A stretch of 32,000 nucleotides of DNA, from the NCBI RefSeq assembly GCF_000017305.1, contig NC_009664.2, positions 3,330,001 through 3,362,000 of the forward strand, in the 5' to 3' direction. Both the position numbers and the translations under genes were made by a program. Shown here piece after piece: positions 8,723 through 16,036 of this stretch. Each line of letters starts with the position of its first letter. Within the stretch, counting starts at the first letter, position 1. Below the pieces are notes generated by a model. It saw nothing but the letters and a program-made list of their open reading frames with translations. It was not told the origin of the DNA and searched no databases. This DNA is from Kineococcus radiotolerans SRS30216 = ATCC BAA-149 (GTDB taxonomy: Bacteria; Actinomycetota; Actinomycetes; Actinomycetales; Kineococcaceae).

Positions 8723-9384
8723 CGGCGCTCGGTCCGCCAGGGCGCGGGGTCGTCCAGGCGCGCCGGGCCGTCCGCGGCGACGAGGACGAGCCGGTCGTGC
8801 AGGCGGGAGGTGCGCCCCTGCCAGAACTCCACCTCCAGCGCGCGCACCAGGTACCCGCCCCAGTGCGGCGGGGTCGGGACGTCGTCCGGGGAGCCGGTGT
8901 CGGGCCAGCGCTCGCGCAGCTGCGCCTCGCGCTCGTGCAGCGCGGCCGCCGACGGGGTGGTCCGGGACTGCTCGCTGACCCAGGCGCCGATGCGCGAGCC
9001 GTAGGGCCGGCTGGCGAAGTACGCCTCGGTCTCGGCGCGGGGGACCTCCTCGGCCGTCCCCCGCACGGCCACCTGGCGGTGGGTGCCGTGCCAGGTGAAG
9101 AGCAGCGCGACCCGCGGGTCGTGGGCGATGGCGAGGGCCTTGCGCGAGCGCTGGTTGGTGTAGAACACGAACCCCCGCCCGTCGACGGCCTTGAGCAGCA
9201 CCGTGCGGGCCGAGACGCCGTCGGCGCCGGCGGTGGCGACGGTCATCGCGTTGGGTTCCACGACCCCGGCCTCGACGGCGTCGGAGTACCAGGCCTGGAA
9301 CTGGGCCAGGGGGGTGGGCGCGAGGTCGTGCTCGTCGAAGCGCCGGTCGCCGTAGTCGACCCGTCGGCCCGCTGGATCCTCCAC
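8713..9384 (-). CDS. pdxH: Pyridoxamine 5'-phosphate oxidase
   Basis: RTVLLKAVDGRGFVFYTNQRSRKA, ASRPYGSRIGAWVSEQS and VEFWQGRTSRLHDRL are colinear with E. coli PdxH. Inferred GTG start at 9384, in frame. Confidence 0.9.
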   Translation of the reverse strand: MEDPAGRRVDYGDRRFDEHDLAPTPLAQFQAWYSDAVEAGVVEPNAMTVATAGADGVSARTVLLKAVDGRGFVFYTNQRSRKALAIAHDPRVALLFTWHGTHRQVAVRGTAEEVPRAETEAYFASRPYGSRIGAWVSEQSRTTPSAAALHEREAQLRERWPDTGSPDDVPTPPHWGGYLVRALEVEFWQGRTSRLHDRLVLVAADGPARLDDPAPWRTERRQP

Positions 9385-9444
9385 CGTCGCAGCGTACGGG
9401 CCCTGCCGGGGCGCGGTGGGCCGGCGGGGTCCAGACTGCGCCCC

Positions 9445-10932
9445 GTGCCGCTGGAACCGCTCGCGACCGCGCTGGGCCTCACCCCGACGACGGCCGTGCG
9501 CCCGCCGGTGGAGGACCCGACCCTGGGCGTCGACGTGCCCGGTGCGGGGGCCGCGCGCGAGCGGGCCCACCGCCTCGTCGCGGTGGGCGACTCCCTGACC
9601 CAGGGGTTCCAGCACTACGCCGTGCCCGACACGTCGCTGAGCTGGCCGGCGCTGGTCGCGGAGCGGCTGGGGACGCCGCTGGCGCGGCCGGTGGACCGCG
9701 GCCCGGGCGGCTACCCCCTGAACTTGGAGCGCCTGGCCCGCCGGGTCCTGGGGCGGCCGCTGCTGCCCGGGCTGGTGGACGGCCTGCGCTACGTCCTGGA
9801 GGTGCAGCGGGCCTACGAGGTCGACCCCGGCCCACCCGGCGGCCCGCCCTCGGAGGCCCTGGGGGTGTGGGGGTGGGACCTGCGCGACCACCTGTCCCGC
9901 ACGGCCGACACCGAACGGGCCCGCATCCGCTCCTCGCGCCTGAACCCGCTGGTGGACACCGCCAACGCCCGCGCCGCCGTGGCGGTGCTCGACGGTTCCC
10001 GGGCCGCCGACGGGCACGCGCTCACCACCCTGGAGGCGGCCCGCGACCTGGGCCGCGAGGGCGTGGAGACGCTCTGCGTGTGGCTGGGCGCGAACAACGC
10101 GCTGCGCAGCGTCGTCTCCCTCGACGTCGTCCCGAGCGGGCCGCGGTTCCGCGAGGTGGGGGTCAAGGACCGGTACACGGTGTGGACGCTGCCGCACTTC
10201 CGCGCCGAGCTCGCCGACCTGGCCGCGGCCGTGCGCGCCGTCGACGCCGACCGGGTGCTGTGGGGGACCGTCCCGCACGTCACGATCCCCCCGATCACCA
10301 GGGGGCTCGGCGGTGCCCTGCCGGAGTGCCCGCGCTACTTCCGCTGGTACGCGCGGCCGTGGGCGAGCGAGCGGAGCTTCGACCCGGCCCGCGACGAGCA
10401 CCTCACGGGGTTCGAGGCGTGGGCGGTCGACCTCGCGATCGACGGCTACAACCGGGCCCTGCTGGAACTGGTGGAGACCGAGCGCCGCCGGGGGCGGGAC
10501 TGGCGGGTCGTGGACTGCGCGGCCCTGCTCGACCGGCTCGCGGTGCGGCGCAACGACGAGCTCGGCGCGCGTCCCCCGGAGTTCCCGCCGCTGCCGCTGC
10601 CGCCCGCGCTGGCGGGGCTGGACACCCGGTTCCCGGTCACCGACGAGGGGGGCCGGCTGCTGTCGGGGGGGATCATCGGGCTGGACGGCCTGCACCCCAC
10701 CGCGTGCGGGTACGGCCTGGTCGCGCAGGAGTTCGCGACGGTGATGGCGGGGGCCGGTGTCCGGTTCGCGAACGGGCCCGCGATCGACTTCGCCGCCCTC
10801 CGGCGACGGGACACGTTCGTGTCCGCCCCGCCGCCCGGGACCGGGCGCGCCCTGCGCTACCTGGACCGGCTGGACCGCCTGGACCGGTCCATCCGCCCCG
10901 CCCGCCGGAACCGGCCCGCGACGGGGCCGTGA
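9445..10932 (+). CDS. SGNH/GDSL-family hydrolase, large (~495 aa)
   Basis: Block I VAVGDSLTQG, block III WLGANNAL, block V GLDGLHPT. The start is inferred (GTG 9445). The upstream part of ORF 8431-10932 is antisense to pdxH and was rejected. Confidence 0.75.
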   Translation: MPLEPLATALGLTPTTAVRPPVEDPTLGVDVPGAGAARERAHRLVAVGDSLTQGFQHYAVPDTSLSWPALVAERLGTPLARPVDRGPGGYPLNLERLARRVLGRPLLPGLVDGLRYVLEVQRAYEVDPGPPGGPPSEALGVWGWDLRDHLSRTADTERARIRSSRLNPLVDTANARAAVAVLDGSRAADGHALTTLEAARDLGREGVETLCVWLGANNALRSVVSLDVVPSGPRFREVGVKDRYTVWTLPHFRAELADLAAAVRAVDADRVLWGTVPHVTIPPITRGLGGALPECPRYFRWYARPWASERSFDPARDEHLTGFEAWAVDLAIDGYNRALLELVETERRRGRDWRVVDCAALLDRLAVRRNDELGARPPEFPPLPLPPALAGLDTRFPVTDEGGRLLSGGIIGLDGLHPTACGYGLVAQEFATVMAGAGVRFANGPAIDFAALRRRDTFVSAPPPGTGRALRYLDRLDRLDRSIRPARRNRPATGP

Positions 10933-10960
10933 CGGCCCCACCCGTCGTCTACCCTGCGCC

Positions 10961-10972
10961 GAGAACGTTCGC
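10961..10972. promoter_or_regulatory. Operator-like palindrome GAGAACGTTCGC just upstream of the LacI-family gene
   Basis: Core GAACGTTC is a perfect 8-bp palindrome centred on CG, 17 bp upstream of GTG 10989 and adjacent to the SD GGAGGAGG. A related GGGAACGTTCCC occurs at 30184-30195. Confidence 0.3.
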
Positions 10973-10988
10973 AGGCGGAGGAGGCCGG

Positions 10989-11999
10989 GTGGCAGGGGCA
11001 CGACCGCCCACGATGCGCGACGTCGCGGCGCACGCCGGGGTCAGCATCAGCACGGTCTCGCGGGTCGTCAACGCCGAGCGCTACGTCGACCCGGCCACCC
11101 GCGAGAAGGTCGAGGCGTCGGTGGCCGCGCTGGGGTTCCTGCGCAACGAGAGCGCGCGCACCCTGCGGCCCGGGCAGCGCACCGCCACCCTCGCCCTCGT
11201 CGTCGAGGACCTCACCAACCCGTTCTCGGCCGAACTGGCCCACGGAGTCGAGCTCGTCGCGGCGGCGGCGGGCTACGTGATGCTGCTGTTGTCCACCGGC
11301 CGCGACGCCGGCGGGGAGCGGGACCGGGTGCGCGAGCGCGAGATCGTCGCCGAGCTCCTCAGCCGCCGCGTCGACGGCGTCCTCGTGGTGCCCGGGGCCG
11401 ACGACGCCGAGGGCCTCTACGCGGCGCTGGCCGCGCGGGCCCCCGTCGTCTTCGTCGACCGCCTGCCCCGGGGGGTGCGCGGCGACGTCGTGCTGCTGGA
11501 CAACGCCGGGGGCGGCCGGCGCCTGACGCAGTGGCTGCTCGAGCGCGGCCACCGCCGGATCGGCTACGTCGGGGGCGACCAGCGCTCCGGGCCCGGCGCG
11601 CGGCGCCTCTCGGGGTTCCGCGCCGCGCTGCGGGCCGCGGGGGTCGCCGAGCACCCGGAACTGCTCCGCTTCGGGCGCCGCAGCAGCGACGAGGCGCTCT
11701 CGGCGGTCGAGGAGCTGCTCGCCCTGGCCGAACCGCCCACGGCGCTGTTCTGCGACAACAACCGGATGACGGTGGGGGCGCTGCTGGCCGTGCACCGCGC
11801 GCGGGCCGACGTCGTCCTCGCGGGGTTCGACGCCGTCGAGCTCGCCGAGGTCCTCGTGGACCGGGTCGCGCTGGTGACCTACGACCCCGCCGACGTGGGG
11901 CGGCGGGCCGCGGGGCTGCTCACCGCGCGGCTGGCGGGGGAGACCTCCGCCCCCCGCCGCGTCACCGTCCCGGTCGACCTCGCCGAGTTCGGCACCTGA
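10989..11999 (+). CDS. LacI-family transcriptional regulator
   Basis: MRDVAAHAGVSISTVSRVVN HTH followed by a periplasmic-binding-protein-like sugar-binding core. SD GGAGGAGG at 10977-10984 favours GTG 10989; alternative ATG at 11013. Confidence 0.92.
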   Translation: MAGARPPTMRDVAAHAGVSISTVSRVVNAERYVDPATREKVEASVAALGFLRNESARTLRPGQRTATLALVVEDLTNPFSAELAHGVELVAAAAGYVMLLLSTGRDAGGERDRVREREIVAELLSRRVDGVLVVPGADDAEGLYAALAARAPVVFVDRLPRGVRGDVVLLDNAGGGRRLTQWLLERGHRRIGYVGGDQRSGPGARRLSGFRAALRAAGVAEHPELLRFGRRSSDEALSAVEELLALAEPPTALFCDNNRMTVGALLAVHRARADVVLAGFDAVELAEVLVDRVALVTYDPADVGRRAAGLLTARLAGETSAPRRVTVPVDLAEFGT

Positions 12000-12026
12000 G
12001 GCGGGTTCGGCGCCCGGGGCGGCCGC

Positions 12027-13034
12027 TCAGCCGACGTGGAGGAGCTCCACCCCGGCCAGGGCGACGCCGGCGACCAGGGCCCAGGAGCTGAGCCCGAGGA
12101 CGAGCGAGCGCCCGCCCGTGCGGACCAGGTGCGGCACGTCGATGCCGGTGCCGAGGGCGAAGAGGGCGGCCACGAGGAGGACCGACTGGACCTCCTGGGC
12201 CCCGTCCAGCACCCCGGCGGGCAGCAGCCCGGTGGCGCGGACGACGACGGCGGCGACGAAGGCCGCGACGAAGAACGGCAGCACCGGCGGGCGCTGCGCG
12301 GTGCCGGTGCCGACGGTGCGGCGCCGACGCAGCGCGACGAGCGCCACCAGCGGGGCCAGCAGCAGGACCCGCGACAGCTTGACCACCACGACCGTCGCCA
12401 GCGCCCCCGGCACCCGGTCGCCGGTGGCGACGGCCTGCCCGACGTCGTGGACGCTGGCCCCGGCCCAGGCGCCGAACTGCTGCGCGTCCAGCCCGAGCGG
12501 CCCCCGCAGCAGGGGCAGCAGGACGATGGCCAGCGTCCCGCAGAGGGTGACCAGGGCGATGGCGGTCGTCGTGTCCTCGTCGTCGGCGTCGGTGGCCGGG
12601 CGCACCGCGGCGATGGCGGAGGCCCCGCAGATGGAGAACCCGGTCGCCACCAGCAGGGAGCGGGCGGGGGGCAGGCCGAGGGCGCGGCCGATGAGCTGGG
12701 TGCCGAGGAACGTCACGACGACGACGACGAGGACGAGGGCGATCCCGCCGAACCCCAGGGCGGCGACGCCGGCCAGCGGCAGCTGCAGCCCCAGCAGCAC
12801 CACGGCGATCCGCAGCAGGCGCTTGGCGGCGAAGCCCGTCGCCGGTCTCCAGGAGGCCCGGAACGTCCCCGTGCTGCGCAGCACCGCGCCCAGGGCGACG
12901 GCGACGGTGGAGGCGGTCAGGGCGGAGGTCAGGCCCTCCACCGCGAACGCGGCGGCGGTGGCGACGGCGACGACGAGGAGGCCGGGCAGCAGGGGCCGGA
13001 GGACCCCGGCGGGACGGGGCGGGACGCGGAGCAC
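12027..13034 (-). CDS. YeiH/UPF0324-family putative sulfate-exporter-type membrane protein
   Basis: Polytopic membrane protein with LVATGFSICGASAIAAV, characteristic of the YeiH family. GTG 13034 was chosen because GC3 drops upstream; the TTG 13157 extension was rejected. Confidence 0.8.
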   Translation of the reverse strand: MLRVPPRPAGVLRPLLPGLLVVAVATAAAFAVEGLTSALTASTVAVALGAVLRSTGTFRASWRPATGFAAKRLLRIAVVLLGLQLPLAGVAALGFGGIALVLVVVVVTFLGTQLIGRALGLPPARSLLVATGFSICGASAIAAVRPATDADDEDTTTAIALVTLCGTLAIVLLPLLRGPLGLDAQQFGAWAGASVHDVGQAVATGDRVPGALATVVVVKLSRVLLLAPLVALVALRRRRTVGTGTAQRPPVLPFFVAAFVAAVVVRATGLLPAGVLDGAQEVQSVLLVAALFALGTGIDVPHLVRTGGRSLVLGLSSWALVAGVALAGVELLHVG

Positions 13035-13141
13035 CGCCCCACCCTCTCCCGGGGCGAGTGCCCCGGGAAGTCGGCCGGTCCCGTGGAGCCACAGGCGGGG
13101 CCTGTGACGTTGACCCCGGGGGACGGCTGTGCCACGCTGCG

Positions 13142-13155
13142 GGAAAGCGCATTCC
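13142..13155. promoter_or_regulatory. LacI-type operator-like dyad GGAAAGCGCATTCC
   Basis: 14-bp dyad centred on CG with 6 of 7 symmetric pairs. It resembles the TGGAAAGCGCTTTCCA class of LacI/CcpA operators. It lies 22 bp upstream of the isomerase ATG (13178), in the YeiH/isomerase divergent region next to the LacI gene. Confidence 0.4.
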
Positions 13156-13177
13156 AACGAGGACGACGGAGTGGACG

Positions 13178-13975
13178 ATGGACCCCGCGCGACTCAGCCT
13201 GAACCAGATCACCGTGAACACCCTCGGCCTGCCCGAGGCGCTGGACGCCTGCGTGCGCCACGACGTCGGGGCGATCGCCCTGTGGCGGGACAAGATCGCC
13301 GCGGTCGGCCTCGACCGGGCCGTGGAGCTCGTCGCCGCCTCCGGCGTCCGCGTCAGCTCCGTCTGCCGCGGCGGGATGTTCACCACCGGCGACCCTGCCG
13401 ACGTCCTCGCCGACAACCGCCGCGCCGTCGACGAGGCCGCCGCCCTGGGGGCCGACGCCCTGGTGCTGGTGTGCGGGCCGCTGACCGACCACGACCTCGC
13501 CGGGGCCCGGGCGCGGGTCCGCGACGGCATCGCCGCCCTGCTGCCGCACGCCTTGGCCGCCGGGGTGCCCCTGGCGATCGAGCCCCTGCACCCGATGATG
13601 ATCACCGAGCGCTCGGTCGTCGTCTCGCTGCGCCAGGCCCTCGACCTCTGCGACGACCTCGGCGAGGGGGTGGGGGTGGTCGTCGACGCGTACCACGTGT
13701 GGTGGGACCCCGACCTCGACGCCCAGCTCGCCCGGGCGCGCGGACGGGTCCGCGGCTACCACGTCTCGGACTGGCTGCCGCGCACCTCCGACCTCCTGCT
13801 GGACCGCGGGATGGTGGGCGAGGGGGTCATCGACCTGCCCCGGTTGTCCGCGGCGGTGGCCGCGACCGGCTACGACGGGCCCGTGGAGGTGGAGGTCCTG
13901 TCCTCGCGCTGGTGGGCCGAGGACCCCGACGAGGTCGTCCGCACCGCGCGGAAGCGGTTCGAGGAGTTCGTCTGA
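13178..13975 (+). CDS. Sugar phosphate isomerase/epimerase (xylose isomerase-like TIM barrel)
   Basis: 265 aa. ...ALVLVCGPL..., PLAIEPLHP, VVVDAYHVWWDP and PVEVEVLS are typical of the AP_endonuc_2/TIM-barrel family. ATG with GGAG 6 nt upstream. Confidence 0.85.
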   Translation: MDPARLSLNQITVNTLGLPEALDACVRHDVGAIALWRDKIAAVGLDRAVELVAASGVRVSSVCRGGMFTTGDPADVLADNRRAVDEAAALGADALVLVCGPLTDHDLAGARARVRDGIAALLPHALAAGVPLAIEPLHPMMITERSVVVSLRQALDLCDDLGEGVGVVVDAYHVWWDPDLDAQLARARGRVRGYHVSDWLPRTSDLLLDRGMVGEGVIDLPRLSAAVAATGYDGPVEVEVLSSRWWAEDPDEVVRTARKRFEEFV

Positions 13976-14023
13976 CGCCCCGCCGGACCCGCGGCCCGGC
14001 CGGCCCGGGCGGCCCGGGCGGGG

Positions 14024-14455
14024 TCAGTCCCGGCTGAGCCGCTCGGTCGTCTCCCCGTCCCGCTCCCCGCCGAAGTACTCCTCCAGGACCCCCGCGAAGG
14101 AGGGTTCGTCCGGGTCGGCGGCGGCGAACAGCGTCATCGAGCTGCGCAGCTTCACCGCGTCGATCCCGCCGAACACCGCCTCGGCGTCCTTCTCCGGCAG
14201 GTCGAGCAGGGTGCGGGCGCACTCGCGCAGCCGGTCCCCGAGCGCGGGGTGGGCCAGGTAGGCGCGCGCCTCGTCCAGACCGCTGATCGCGTAGCGCACC
14301 GAGGTCGGGCTCGTGCCCAGACCGGCGAGCTGGGGGAAGACCCACCACATCCAGTGCGTGGTCTTGCGCCCGGCGCGCAGCTGCGCGCAGGCCTGCTCGA
14401 AGGTGTCGCGCTGGGCGTCGAGGAAGCGGGCGAGGTCGTACGGGTGGGTGCTCAC
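14024..14455 (-). CDS. DUF1810-family protein
   Basis: 143 aa. YDLARFLDAQ...KTTHWMWWVFPQLAGLGTSPTSVRYAI...EARAYLAHPALGDRL...KLRSSMTLF matches the DUF1810 pattern. GTG start inferred. Confidence 0.85.
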   Translation of the reverse strand: MSTHPYDLARFLDAQRDTFEQACAQLRAGRKTTHWMWWVFPQLAGLGTSPTSVRYAISGLDEARAYLAHPALGDRLRECARTLLDLPEKDAEAVFGGIDAVKLRSSMTLFAAADPDEPSFAGVLEEYFGGERDGETTERLSRD

Positions 14456-14521
14456 CTCCCCGACTCTGCCCCCGGACGGACGTCCCTGCGCGGCGGTCCG
14501 GACGTGCGGGAGGATCTGCCC

Positions 14522-15661
14522 GTGAGCCACCACGTCCTCCCCGCCTCCCTGCTGCCCGCCGACGGCCGCTTCGGCTCCGGCCCCTCCAAGGTCCGCCCCG
14601 AGCAGGTCGCGGCCCTCGCCGCCGCCGGGGCGGGGGTGCTCGGCACCTCCCACCGCCAGGCGCCGGTGAGGTCGCTCGTCGCCCGCGTGCGGGCCGGGCT
14701 GGCGGAGCTCTTCGCGCTGCCCGCGGGCTACGAGGTCGCGCTCGGCAACGGCGGCAGCACGGCCTTCTGGGACGTCGCCACCCTCTGCCTGGTGCGCGAG
14801 CGCACCCAGCACCTGGTCCTGGGGGAGTTCTCCGCCAAGTTCGCCGCCGCCGCCGCGGCCGCCCCGTTCCTGGCCGAGCCCGTCGTCGTCCGGGGCGAAC
14901 CCGGGACCCTGCCGCGGCTGGGGGAGGTCGCCGAGGGGGTCGACGTCGTCGCCTGGCCGCACAACGAGACCTCGACCGGGGTGATGGCCCCCGTGCTGCG
15001 CCCGGCCGGTCCGCACCCCGCCGACGGGGGCCCGCTGGTGGTCGTGGACGCGACGTCGGGCGCGGGCGGGCTGGCCGTCGACGTGTCGCAGACCGACGCG
15101 TACTACTTCGCGCCGCAGAAGTCGTTCGCCTCCGACGGGGGGTTGTGGATCGCGCTGCTCTCGCCCGCGGCGCTGGACCGCGTCCACGAGGTCGCGGCGA
15201 CCGGGCGGTGGGTCCCGGCGTCGCTGGACCTGGGGATCGCGGTGGAGAACTCCCGCAAGGACCAGACCTACAACACCCCCGCCGTCGCGACCCTGGTGAT
15301 GCTGGCCGAGCAGGTCGAGTGGATGCTGCGCCGCGGCGGGTTGTCGTGGGCGGCGGCACGTTCGGCGGAATCCGCGGGGATCGTCTACGACTGGGCCGGG
15401 GCGCGGGAGTGGGCGCAACCCTTCGTGACCGAGCCCGCCGCGCGCAGCAACGTCGTCGCGACCGTCGACCTCGACCCCTCGATCGACGCCACGCACGTGC
15501 AGGACGTGCTGCGGCACAACGGGATCGTCGACGTCTTCCCCTACCGCAGCCTGGGGCGGAACCAGTTGCGGATCGGGGTGTTCCCGGCCGTGGAACCCGC
15601 CGACGTGCGGGCCCTGACCCGGTGCGTGGACCACGTCGTGGCGGGGATGAGGAAAGCCTGA
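14522..15661 (+). CDS. serC: Phosphoserine aminotransferase (actinobacterial type)
   Basis: DGRFGSGPSKVR, GTSHRQAPV, GNGGSTAFWD, HNETSTGV, DATSGAGG, YYFAPQKSFASDGGLW and YRSLGRNQLRIGVFPAVEP are colinear with mycobacterial SerC. GTG 14522 has GGGAGGA 7 nt upstream. Confidence 0.95.
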   Translation: MSHHVLPASLLPADGRFGSGPSKVRPEQVAALAAAGAGVLGTSHRQAPVRSLVARVRAGLAELFALPAGYEVALGNGGSTAFWDVATLCLVRERTQHLVLGEFSAKFAAAAAAAPFLAEPVVVRGEPGTLPRLGEVAEGVDVVAWPHNETSTGVMAPVLRPAGPHPADGGPLVVVDATSGAGGLAVDVSQTDAYYFAPQKSFASDGGLWIALLSPAALDRVHEVAATGRWVPASLDLGIAVENSRKDQTYNTPAVATLVMLAEQVEWMLRRGGLSWAAARSAESAGIVYDWAGAREWAQPFVTEPAARSNVVATVDLDPSIDATHVQDVLRHNGIVDVFPYRSLGRNQLRIGVFPAVEPADVRALTRCVDHVVAGMRKA

Positions 15662-15674
15662 CCTGGCCTTTTCT

Positions 15675-15721
15675 CCGGGGGTCAGGAAAGGCGTTCCTTG
15701 CTGGTCAGGAATGCTCCCCGG
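15675..15721 (+). promoter_or_regulatory. Structured, repeat-bearing leader upstream of the DUF1540 gene
   Basis: Outer dyad CCGGGG (15675-80) / CCCCGG (15716-21). Inner hairpin AGGAA-AGGCG-TTCCT (15684-15698). Direct repeat GGTCAGGAA at 15680-88 and 15703-11. Locally lower GC. Confidence 0.35.
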
Positions 15722-15736
15722 GGTTACGTTCGGTCC

Positions 15737-16036
15737 ATGGCGACCGTGAACCTGGACCTGACCCCCATCCACCAGTGCTCCGTCGACGGCTGCACCTTCA
15801 ACGCCGCGACGGCCTGCCACGCCCCGACGATCACCGTGGGCGACCACGGCGCGAACCACTGCGGGACGTTCCTGGGCCTGCCCACCAAGCACGGCTCGAC
15901 GCCCGCGGGGCACGTCGGGGCCTGCCAGCTGGCGGACTGCACGCACAACTCCGACCTCAGCTGCACCGCCCCCACCATCGAGGTCGGGACCACCGCGTCG
16001 GGCTCGACGGAGTGCCTGACCTACGCCGCCGCCTGA
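15737..16036 (+). CDS. DUF1540 domain protein (two tandem Cys-rich repeats, 99 aa)
   Basis: CSVDGCTFNAATACHAPTITVG...HC and CQLADCTHNSDLSCTAPTIEVG...EC form two copies of the C-x4-C-x7-C-A/HAPTI-V pattern. ATG at 15737. Confidence 0.8.
   Translation: MATVNLDLTPIHQCSVDGCTFNAATACHAPTITVGDHGANHCGTFLGLPTKHGSTPAGHVGACQLADCTHNSDLSCTAPTIEVGTTASGSTECLTYAAA

Noticed and set aside
8431-9444. Upstream part of the 833-aa plus-strand ORF 8431-10932.
   Set aside because: It is antisense to pdxH, Arg/Gly/Pro-rich and without motifs. The SGNH block I lies only ~50 aa after GTG 9445.
13035-13157. TTG 13157 start for the YeiH-family gene.
   Set aside because: GC3 is about 70% with CAA/ACA/CGA/CTT codons, and this start would leave only 20 bp to the divergent isomerase gene. 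GTG 13034, preceded by GGAGAGGG, is preferred.
13976-14023. GC-rich dyad CCCCGCC...GGCGGGG between the convergent isomerase and DUF1810 genes, considered as a bidirectional terminator.
   Set aside because: The interior is repetitive GGCCCGG sequence with ambiguous pairing and no U-tract. The evidence is insufficient to call.
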